Shown in pieces: positions 25,359 to 34,025 of a stretch of DNA of 64,000 nucleotides; within the stretch, counting starts at the first letter, position 1, and every line of letters begins with the position of its first letter. The DNA lies in assembly GCA_963813715.1 (NCBI GenBank), contig CAWFAK010000007.1, positions 192,001 to 256,000 of the forward strand, given 5' to 3'. The notes under the pieces were generated by a model that saw only the letters and a program-made list of their open reading frames with translations, was not told the DNA's origin and ran no database searches. Source of the stretch: an uncultured Planctomycetaceae bacterium. GTDB lineage: Bacteria; Planctomycetota; Planctomycetia; Planctomycetales; Planctomycetaceae. Position numbers and translations under genes: made by a program.

Positions 25359-26971
25359 CTAGCGCCGCGCGGAAGCTGCGCTTGCCGTCGTCCGTCGGGT
25401 CGATTTGCCGAGTCCGCCGAGATCTTTGAAGAGCTTATATTCCACGCTGTCAACCAACGCTAGCCAACTGGCTTCGATCACGTTTTCACTCACGCCGACG
25501 GTCGTCCAGACGTTGTCGCGATCGCGGCTCTCGATCATCACGCGAACGCGGGCGGCCGTCCCTTCCGTCGAGTTAATGACGCGGACCTTGTAGTCGTCCA
25601 AATGCATCTCCGCCAGACGCGGATAGGCGGACGCCAGCGCTTTGCGGAGGGCCGTGTCGAGGGCGTTGACGGGACCGTCCCCCTCCGCCACGACGTGCTC
25701 GTGTGCGCCGCCGACGGTCAGCTTGATCGTTGCCTCGGTCACCGGTTGGCCACCTTCGTCCGTGACCACGTTCACACGGTAGTGATCGCGGACGAACTTC
25801 GGCTCGTACGTCCCGGCAACCTTCATCACCAGCAGATCGAAGGACGCCTCGGCCGCTTCGAACTGGTAGCCTTCGCTCTCCAGCTCCTGTACGCGGTCGA
25901 GGATTTTCTTCATCAGCTCGGGATTGTCGTCGCCGCCGTCTTTGCCGAGCTTGGCCACGATGTTCGAGCGCCCGGAGAGTTCGCTGACCAGGATCCGCCG
26001 CTCATTGCCCACCGTTTCCGGATCGATGTGCTCGTAGCTCTGCGACACGCGGTTGACGGCATGGACGTGCATCCCGCCTTTGTGGGCGAACGCGCTCATC
26101 CCCACGAAGGCCTGGTTCGCGCGGAAGTTCATGTTGGCGATCTCGTAGACGTAGCGCGATAGCTCGGTGAGCCGCGACACGCCATCGGGCACCAGCACTT
26201 CGTGCCCTTCCTTGATCGCGAGGTTGGCGACCACGCTGATCAGGTCGACGTTGCCGCAGCGCTCGCCCACGCCGTTCACCGTCCCCTGCACCTGGATCGC
26301 GCCGTGTCGCACGGCGGCCAGCGAATTGGCCGTCGCCACGTCGCAGTCGTTATGGCAGTGGATGCCGACGGGCACCTTGAGGGCGCCGCGGGCTGCTTCG
26401 ACGCCGATCGCAATCCGCTCGGGCAGGCTGCCGCCATTGGTGTCGCACAACACGACGATCTCCGCGCCCCCTCCTGCGCCGCTTGAATCGTCTTCAGCGC
26501 AAACTCGGGATTGAGCCTGTGCCCGTCGAAGAAGTGTTCGGCGTCGTAGATCACGCGGCGTCCCTCGGCCCGCAAGAAGGCGACCGAGTCGCGGATCATC
26601 GCGAGGTTCTCTTCCTCGCTGACCGACAGCACTTCGCGGACGTGCAGGTCCCAGCTCTTGCCAACGAGCGTCACGACTTTAGTCCGGGCGTCGCGGAGGG
26701 CCAGCATGCCGACGTCTTTTTCGGCGGCCGTCGCTTTGCGGCGCGTCATGCCGAAGGCCACGACTTGCGCGTGCTGGAGCGGCAGATCGGCCACGCGCTG
26801 GAAGTACTCGGCATCTTTCTGGTTGGAAAGCGGATAGCCGCCTTCGATGAAGTCGAAACCCAGCTCGTCGAGCTTGGCCGTGATCAGCAGCTTGTCCTGC
26901 AGCGAAAAGTAGACCCCCTCGCCCTGGCTGCCGTCGCGAAGCGTCGTGTCGTAGATCTGTACGCGTGACAT
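25359..26971 (-). CDS. cimA: Citramalate synthase (LeuA/CimA family; frameshift near 26470)
   Basis: YDTTLRDGSQGEG, IYDAEHFFDG, LCDTNGG, HCHND, AFAHKGGMH and LeuA-type regulatory domain. DAEHFFDG is typical of bacterial CimA. Confidence 0.9.
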
Positions 26972-27042
26972 TTTCAGTGCTTCCTCTGGCGAGCCGGCGG
27001 GCTGTCAGCCCGCCGGTTCTCGAACGGGCCTTCGTCTCGTTC

Positions 27043-27082
27043 AAAACGAAAAAACCCTCAGGCCGGGCGGGCGACCTGAGGG
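27043..27082 (-). terminator. Attenuator (intrinsic terminator) upstream of cimA
   Basis: Minus strand reads CCCUCAGGUCG-CCCGCC-CGGCCUGAGGG followed by UUUUUUCGUUUU. Confidence 0.85.
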
Positions 27083-27117
27083 CTGAGATTTCTTGTCGGA
27101 AGGTCTCTGCTAATGCC

Positions 27118-27198
27118 TCACGTCGCGCCGCCCCGAGGCGGCTCGATAATGGCAATGCCAATCGCGGTGCCGACGACGACTACCGGTCGCAGAGTCAT
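27118..27198 (-). CDS. Val/Ile-rich leader peptide MTLRPVVVVGTAIGIAIIEPPRGGAT
   Basis: 26-codon ORF translated by hand, with 4 tandem Val and 4 clustered Ile codons. It ends 35 nt before the terminator. Confidence 0.85.
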   Translation of the reverse strand: MTLRPVVVVGTAIGIAIIEPPRGGAT

Positions 27199-27335
27199 GG
27201 GAGGTGTCGCAGGCTGAAACATCGAACGTCAGATCCGAATTACGGCACTTCAAATCAGGGCATTTGAAGGATAGGGCAAGCCGAAACGGCTGTCAAACCG
27301 GGGCTTTCACCCACCCTGCGCGCTACAATCGCTGC

Positions 27336-27602
27336 ATGCTGTTTATGGTGATCGAGCAGTTTCGCAACAGCGATCCGAAACCCGTTCGCCAGCGGTTCCT
27401 GGAGCAAGGCCGGCTGCTGCCCGAAGGCGTCATTTACCACGCCAGCTGGGTCGATGCGGAACGAGCCCGCTGCTACCAGCTGATGGAGGTGCCCGACCTC
27501 GACAAGGTTCGCCTGTGGACGCAGGCTTGGGACGACATCGTCGATTTCGAGATCGTCCCGGTGGAGACGTCGCAGGACTTTTGGGCCCGCTTCGGCGGTT
27601 AG
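27336..27602 (+). CDS. DUF3303-like small protein
   Basis: MLFMVIEQF...GRLLPEGV.YHASWV...CYQLME...WDDIVDFEIVPV. Confidence 0.8.
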   Translation: MLFMVIEQFRNSDPKPVRQRFLEQGRLLPEGVIYHASWVDAERARCYQLMEVPDLDKVRLWTQAWDDIVDFEIVPVETSQDFWARFGG

Positions 27603-29964
27603 TCTTCTTCTTCGTCTTCCTCGTCCTCGTCGCCTGCCGTCACGCCGACCAGTTCGCGGCCTTCGCCCCCCTTGAGCTCTTGCCACTGCTCAAAGGTGAA
27701 GAGCACTTCGCGGGCTTGTGAGCCGTTGTATTCGCCGACGATGCCGTCTTCGGCCATGTAGTCGATGAGGCGGGCACCGCGGCCGTAGCCAACACCCAGG
27801 GCTCGCTGCAAGAGCGAGACGCTGCCGCGGCCTTCGCGAATCACGACTTCGACGGCCTGGTCGTACATGTCGTCGCGCTCGCGGGTGCGCCCGACTGAGC
27901 TTTGCCGTCGGCCGACTTCACGCTGAGCTGCGCCAATTCCGGACTGTACTGCGGCTCGTAACCGCTGAAGAACTCGATGACGTTGTTGACCTCGTCGTCG
28001 GCGACGAAGCTTCCCTGAGCGCGGGTCAGATGGCTCGTGCCCGGGGCCAGATACAGCATGTCGCCGTTGCCCAACAGCCGCTCGGCCCCCATTTCGTCGA
28101 GCACTACGCGGCTGTCGGTGCGACTCGAGACCTGGAACGCGATCCGCGCCGGCAGGTTCGACTTGATGAGGCCGGTGATGACGTCGACGGTCGGCTTCTG
28201 CGTCGCCAGCACCAGGTGGATGCCGACGGCACGCGACTTCTGCGCCAGACGGATGATGTGCCCTTCGACGTCCTTGCCCGAGGTCATCATCATGTCGGCC
28301 ATTTCGTCGGCGATGATCACGATGTACGGCATCGACTCGGGAATCCGTTCGGCTTCGTCCGAATCGGGATCGAGGCCCAGCTTCTCGAGCACGGCCTCTT
28401 TGCCGAGCTTGTTGTAGCTGTCGAGGTGGCGGACGCCGACCTGGGCGAGCAGGTCGTATCGCTCTTCCATCTTGTCGACGGCCCACGCCAGCACGGCCTC
28501 GGCCTTCTTCATGTCGGTGATGACCGGGTGCATCAGGTGCGGCACGCGCTTGTACGGGCTGAGCTCGACCATCTTCGGGTCGATCAAGATCATCTTCACC
28601 TGGTCGGGGCTGCGGGTCATCAGCATCGACAGGATCAGCGTGTTGAGGCAGACGCTCTTGCCCGTGCCCGTGCGGCCGGCGATCAACAGGTGGGGCATCT
28701 TGGCGAGGTCGACGGCCAGCGGGCGACCGCTGACGTCCTTGCCCAGGAAGATCGGAATCCGCATCTTGTCGATGGCTTCCGGACAGGCCTCGATGATTTC
28801 CCGCAGGCGGACCAGCACCTGCTTCTCGTTGGGCACCTCGACGCCGACCGTATTCTTGCCGGGAATCGACGGCACCACGCGCACCGACGGCACGCGGAGA
28901 GCGATCGCCAGGTCGTCGGCCAGCGCCGCGACTTTCGACAAGCGCAAGCCGGCCTCGAGCTCCAGCTCAAACTGTGTGACGACCGGCCCAGTGTCGATCT
29001 CGACGACGCGGACGTTCAGGTTGAAGTCCTTGAACGTCTTCTCCAGCACGACGGCGGCCGCTTGAGCTTTGCTCGCGAGCGTGTCGTACGGGAAATCCTC
29101 CGCCGGCTCCAGCAGGTCGAGCGAAGGCTTCTCGAACGGGCCGTTCGCACCGGAGCCGTTGCCGGCTTCCAGGCGTTCGAGCACTTCGTCGCGCATCGAT
29201 TTGGCGGTAACCGGCGGATTCACCTTAATCGGCAGCTTCGACTTTGCAGGCGGCTTCGAAGTCGTGACAGCCCCCTGGGCGGGGGCGGCCGCTTTCTTTT
29301 TCGACTTGTCTTTGGGCTTCTCGGGAGGCGGATCGTCGTCTTCCTCTTCCTCCTCCTCTTCTTTGGTGGCGACATCGTCCGCATCGGCGTCGGCCGGCGA
29401 GCGGCGGCGGAACACCCGGCCGATCATGCGGAACGGGAAGAAGACGACGGCAAACCCCAGCCACACCAGCGACAGCTCGCCGGCAATCAGCAGGCCGGCC
29501 GCCAGGCACGTGGCGATGAGGATCGAAATGCCTTCGGGCGAGAAGTAGCGTTCCATAATCGCCAGGCCCATCGCACCGGCAAAGCCGCCGCTGCCCACCA
29601 CGTTCGCCCCACTCAGTTCGGGAGCAAAACGTTGCAGCAACATGCAGACGCCGCTAAGGCCGAGCACCACCCCGAAGAGTCGCACCACGTGGTCGGTCGG
29701 CCCATTCCGCAGAAAGAGCCGCAGATCCATCATGAAGAGCGAGAAGACCAGGAAGAACGAGCCGAAGCCCAGCATCGAGTGCAGGTGATAAGCGGTCTGG
29801 GCGCCGTAGGGGCCGCAGATATTCAACGCGTTCTGGCGAGCCGGAAAGACGACGTGCCCGGGCGGGTCGACGGGGTCATAGCTCCACAGGCACACGGCCA
29901 GGAAGACGCACAGTGCCAACAGGCACAGGGCGAAGAGGTCGGTGCGGAGGCGACGCAAGTCCAT
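27599..29964 (-). CDS. ftsK: DNA translocase FtsK (frameshift near 27890)
   Basis: 4-TM N-domain, GPVVTQFE, PHLLIAGRTGTGKS Walker A, IIADEMADMM, GAERLLGNGDML. The gamma domain (SVSLLQR.LGVGYGRGAR) is in ORF 27599..28486. Confidence 0.95.
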
Positions 29965-30461
29965 CGGGCAGATTCCAGGTGAGCGGCAGCGAGCGACGGC
30001 GTCGGCCGGCGCGCACCGCGAGCGTGGGATGCCGCCCGCGCGTCGGACCATCTCCTCGGTCCGACGCCCGGACGCACCCCGGCGACACACCACCAATCAC
30101 AAAATCGCGACGGAAACAAGGGCCATCAATTGGCTTTTGGCGCGCACCGCGAACGCATGACGGAATGGACGGCAAATCGACAAGCGATTTGAACCGCGAC
30201 TCCGCAACTCGTCGTGATACGCTCAAGTGAGCGTTCCTGCTCGCCACAAACTTATCACGCGGGCGGAGCGACGTCGGAAAAAAGCAACGTCTTCTGTTGT
30301 TTTTTGGCAACGTGCCACCACTTTTCGCAAAACTTCCGAAGATGCGACGGGCGGCAGGCGGTCAGCCGCTGTTCGGACGTTACAAAACCGCCGGGACCGC
30401 TCAAGTCGCCGCCGCCGAGTGCGCCGTAGAGGGACGAATCCCGTCCCGTTCGCAGCTACTG

Positions 30462-30541
30462 GAGAGTCCCACCCCGTTCGATCCGTGAGAGAGTCCCGTC
30501 CCGTCGGTCCGTTAGAGGGACCCATGTCGTTCGGACCGCTA
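30462..30541. repeat. Degenerate ~27-bp tandem repeat, 3 units
   Basis: GAGAGTCCCACCCCGTTCGATCCGTGA / GAGAGTCCCGTCCCGTCGGTCCGTTA / GAGGGACCCATGTCGTTCGGACCGCTA. Confidence 0.55.
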
Positions 30542-30590
30542 GATTCGTCAAACGTGTCCGGACCGGATCCTGGACCGGCTTGATTCACTT

Positions 30591-30790
30591 CACCACAAAG
30601 GCACCAAGACACAAAGGAATGCGAAGGCTTTGTGTCTTCGTGTCCCCGTCCCGAGTTTTCCAGCCCCCAACAGGGCGCGACAGCTATAGCCTGTGTCGGA
30701 GCGCAGCGCAGGCCCAGGACCCCGAGGGCCCGCCCTGCTTCCAATCTTCTCCCCTCTCCCCTCGTGGGAGGAGGAGCCGGGGGTGAGGGA
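30591..30790. repeat. Cluster of three different REP-like palindromes
   Basis: AAGACACAAAG..CTTTGTGTCTT (~30606-30638); GCCCCCAACAGGGC (~30663-30676); CCCCTCTCCCCTCGTGGGAGGAGGAGCCGGGGGTGAGGG (~30751-30789). Confidence 0.55.
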
Positions 30791-31747
30791 GCGTTCCGCT
30801 CATCGCTAACTGGATCGCCGCTGACCGGTGGGACTCTCAGCGGTGGGTCCATCCCCCTTATATCAATTCACGGAGACCCGTCCCGGCGGGACCACTTTTA
30901 GGCGGACCCGGCGGGACAACTTGTCCCGCGCGCGCGGGGATCTTTTTCCCCTCCTGTGTGAAAAAAGGATCCCCACCACCAGCAGCGACGAAAGTTTTGT
31001 CACGGCGGGGATCTTTGTCCCCGGCGCGCGGTGGGGCGCAATTCTCTCGAACCCGACTCGCTGCCGTCGGACTGGGGCATCGCGACGCCGCGCGGCCGAG
31101 CTCGGGCGACGTGGTCAACTTTCTCGTGGTCAACTACCTAGTGAAAGAAGGTGACCACACCACACCCCACTGCGGTTAAATTCTCGTGAGCCAGCTCTCT
31201 GACTCATCGGGCTTCTGAATTCCGCCTGCAGTCCGGACCCAATCGCCAGCCTACCCGGCTTTTCGCGGTGCGCGGAGCCCGTGTTTCTATGGGCGTGGAA
31301 ACAACTCGAAAAGGCGTTTGGACGCCCCGGGGGTCACCGGGACTGCCGGCGATCTGCACGCCGAACCCACCCGACCGAGAGCGTCCCCGGTCGCAAATCG
31401 GTTCTCACCGCTCACACATCGGTCGTTTGATGGCGGTCCCGAAAAACGGTTGAGATTTCGGCTCAGTCGCCAGGATCACGCCTGCCATCGATTCGACGAA
31501 GACAATTCCGCTTGCGTTTCGAGCGTTATAGGCGCGATGGAGAAGCTCGTCTGAGCTTCTCCGACTTGGGCAGCACGAATGGGTTGCCCTCGGCACAGAC
31601 TTCGGCGACGGGCGTTGCAGTTCCGACACCGCCGCCGGCTGGCCGCTGCAAAACGCGCGCTTGCACGCGATACCCGCGCCCGACACTCAGAGGATGACTT
31701 CACCACGCGTCCTGTGCTTTCGGTGTTGCCCGCGCTACAATTAGTTT

Positions 31748-31894
31748 GTCTCTGGGGCAAGGCAAGCGTGCGGTTCCAGAAGACATCGTCGGATGACTAG
31801 ATAAAGGGCGACCCGGCTGGGCCGGGGAGCCCGTTGACGAGTAAACCGACGTGGTCGAGTACTTCAAGGGTGCTCAGCCACGTCGGTTTTTTTT
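31748..31894 (+). ncRNA. Candidate structured sRNA or cis-regulatory leader
   Basis: TACAAT -10-like box at 31736-31741, two hairpins, then a strong intrinsic terminator. Confidence 0.5.
31843..31894 (+). terminator. Intrinsic terminator
   Basis: AAACCGACGTGG...CCACGTCGGTTT 12-bp outer stem ending in a T8 run. Confidence 0.85.
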
Positions 31895-32002
31895 GGCCGG
31901 TGGACGACCGTAATAGCGAACCTTCGAGGGCCTTGTTTGAGGCTGTAGATTGCGAATCCGCACGAAACCTGTGCGGATTCCCTCCGTTGAAAGGATCTCA
32001 TC

Positions 32003-32371
32003 ATGGCGGTTCAAACCTCGAACGAACTCATCCACAAGAAATGCTCCCCCTGCGAGGGCGGCGTGGCAGCGGTCCAGCCGGACGAGGCCAAGTCCCAGCT
32101 TGAAAAGCTCCCAGGTTGGCGGATCTCGCACGCCGGCAAGCGAATTCGCAAGGACTGGACCGTAAAGAACTTCATGGCCGGGTTGGATTTTTTCAAACGC
32201 GTCGGCCAACTCGCGGAGAGCGAAGACCATCATCCCGATCTGCACCTTGAAGGCTATCGCAACGTCTGGATCGAACTCTCGTCGCACGCAATCGGCGGAC
32301 TGTCGGAAAACGATTTCATCCTGGCTGCGAAGATCAACGACCTTTCCGTCGAGCTGCAGCCGGCCAAGTAA
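32003..32371 (+). CDS. phhB: Pterin-4a-carbinolamine dehydratase
   Basis: CSPCEGG, AESEDHHPDLHL, SHAIGGLSENDFILAAKI; AAGGA RBS. Confidence 0.93.
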   Translation: MAVQTSNELIHKKCSPCEGGVAAVQPDEAKSQLEKLPGWRISHAGKRIRKDWTVKNFMAGLDFFKRVGQLAESEDHHPDLHLEGYRNVWIELSSHAIGGLSENDFILAAKINDLSVELQPAK

Positions 32372-32528
32372 GCACTACCGCGAGCGGCCGGAGGCAGTTC
32401 TCCGCGGCGCGGGAGCGGACGGGTGAAGCTATGAGGAGCGGTAAGAGGTAGGCCGAGCCGGTTGGTGGTTGTGCTTGAACGTGGTAAACGGAGTTTGTTG
32501 CCAACCGTTTCCACAAAAGGACACCGCC

Positions 32529-33549
32529 ATGAAATTTGCCGGCTGCGACCTACACAAGCAGACTATCACGATTTGCGTCGTCGACCAATTGCGGCGGGTC
32601 TTGGAGCGTCGGACCGTGCGTTGTGGCGAAGAGCGGACCATCCTGGCATTCTTCGAAAGACTCGGGGAGTTCGAGGCTGTCGTGGAAGCGACCGCCAGCT
32701 ACGAATGGTTCGTGCGATTGATCGAGCCCGTGGCCCATCGCGTGTTGTTGGCCCACCCGAAGAAGCTGCGTGTGATTGCCGAGAGCACGCGTAAAAGCGA
32801 TCGGCTCGACGCGCAAATCCTCGCGGAGTTCCTGGCCTTGGACATGATTCCGACGTCTTACCGGGCGACTCCGCGGCAGCATGAGCATCGACGACTGGTG
32901 CGTCAGCGGGGCGGCGTTCAACGGCGATTGACCTCCGTCAAGAACCGTCTGCGCCGCATTCTCTGCGACTACAACGCGGATCGCCCCAGTCTGTTCACCG
33001 TGGACGGGTTGGCGTATCTCGCCCAAGTGCCTCTCTCGGGAGCGGATCGGTTCGCCGTGGATCAAATGGTCGAAGAGTTGCACTTCGGGCGGCGTCAGCT
33101 GCTGGCCGTCAACGCCCGGCTGAAGGAGTTCGCCGAGGCGGCGCCGCTTTGCGAGCAGGAAGGCGCGGACGCTGTTGCGGACGATCCCCGGAGTGGGCTT
33201 CGTGACCACCGAAGTTGTGCTGGCCGAGTTGGCAGACATTGATCGCTTCGGTTCGCAAAAGCGGGTCGTCGCTTACGCAGGGCTCTCACCGGGTCAACGC
33301 GAGAGTGCGGGCAAGAGTCGGGAGCTGCACCTGGAGAAGAACGGTTCGACGCTGCTGCGCTCGACGCTGGTGGAAGCCGCCTGGCGGCTGGTTCAGCACT
33401 CGTTACGTTGGCGTCGGATTTATGAACGATTGAAGTTGCGCGTGCGTGCCAAGAAGGCGATCGTCGCCGTGGCCCGCCGGTTGTTGTGCCTGATGACAGC
33501 GATCTTGAAGACGGGCCAACCCTACTCGCTCAGCCAGCAACCGACTTAA
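32529..33549 (+). CDS. IS110-family DEDD recombinase/transposase (one extra G near 33162)
   Basis: GCDLHK, VVEAT, KSDRLDA (DEDD), TIPGVG, YAGLSP..RESAGK (conserved Ser), AIVAVARRL. Deleting one G gives a 339-aa ORF. Confidence 0.95.
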
Positions 33550-33589
33550 ATCCCTGACCTTGGCAGGAGAGCACAAAACAAAACATCGA

Positions 33590-33800
33590 TCGAAAGCGCT
33601 GCGACGACCCACAGACGACCCCGCCCCCGGCCATGAAGGCGTTCCCTCAAAAGAGCGACCTTCGAAGGGTGAATGGGGCGTCTCTCGAAAGTCGGCTTCC
33701 TGGCGACATCGACGGACCTGTTCCAGACCGTTGGTGATCCCGAATAGATGGTTGAGCGTACCGCATCGCCCAGATCACCACTTCAAACGCAAAAACCAAC
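33590..33800 (+). ncRNA. Putative bridge RNA (seekRNA) of the IS1111-type element; ends approximate
   Basis: Stem-loops carry CCCCGGCCA and GAAGGGTG (target halves) and ATAGATG and CTTCA (donor-junction halves). Confidence 0.8.
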
Positions 33801-33824
33801 CCTTGACGCTACCCTTCTCATAGA

Positions 33825-33915
33825 TGGCCGGGGCGCTCCGCGTAGCGGAAGCCCCGGAACGCCGGCCTAGCCCACCACTTGCCTCCGAGCCTTCAGGGAC
33901 ATTCGCCCGCCGAAT
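33825..33915 (+). repeat. REP-like repeat, copy 1 (interrupted by the IS)
   Basis: About 90 bp, closely similar to 42937-43025 (TGGCCGGGG.GCTCCGCGTAGCGGAAGC.CCGGAACGCCGG...CCACTTGC.TCCGA). Confidence 0.85.
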
Positions 33916-34025
33916 CGGGCCGAGAGAGCTGGTGTGTCTGCGGCCTATTCAATTGAAGCGAAAGAGCTTTTTGGGTTTGCCTTCGTGGCGGCGCTGGTCA
34001 CGACCCTTTTCGATGTCGACACGAC

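Larger units (their letters stand above)
32426..33826 (+). mobile_element. IS110-family, IS1111-type insertion sequence (1401 bp including one TG core)
   Basis: Core TG at 32424-32425 and 33825-33826. Subterminal IRs CTATGAGGAGCGGTA (32429-32443) and TACCCTTCTCATAG (33810-33823). Removing the element restores GACGGGTGGCCGGGG, seen empty at 42931-42945. Confidence 0.92.

Noticed and set aside
30462..30541. Possible CRISPR array in the ~27-bp repeats (also 44060-44161)
   Set aside because: Units are directly tandem or degenerate with no unique spacers, and there are no cas genes in the window.
30100..31730. Replication origin or dif site next to ftsK
   Set aside because: No cluster of TTATCCACA boxes, no AT-rich unwinding element and no recognisable XerC/D site.
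31818..31827. TGGGCCGGGG as another IS target
   Set aside because: It has an extra G after the TG core and lacks the GACGGG left half.
31748..31894. Assignment to SRP RNA, 6S RNA, tRNA or a THF/c-di-GMP/Moco riboswitch
   Set aside because: I could not find the conserved motifs of these families by eye; left unassigned pending an Rfam search.
33150..33175. Programmed frameshift in the IS110 recombinase
   Set aside because: No slippery heptamer; IS110 recombinases are single ORFs; similar indels occur throughout the window.
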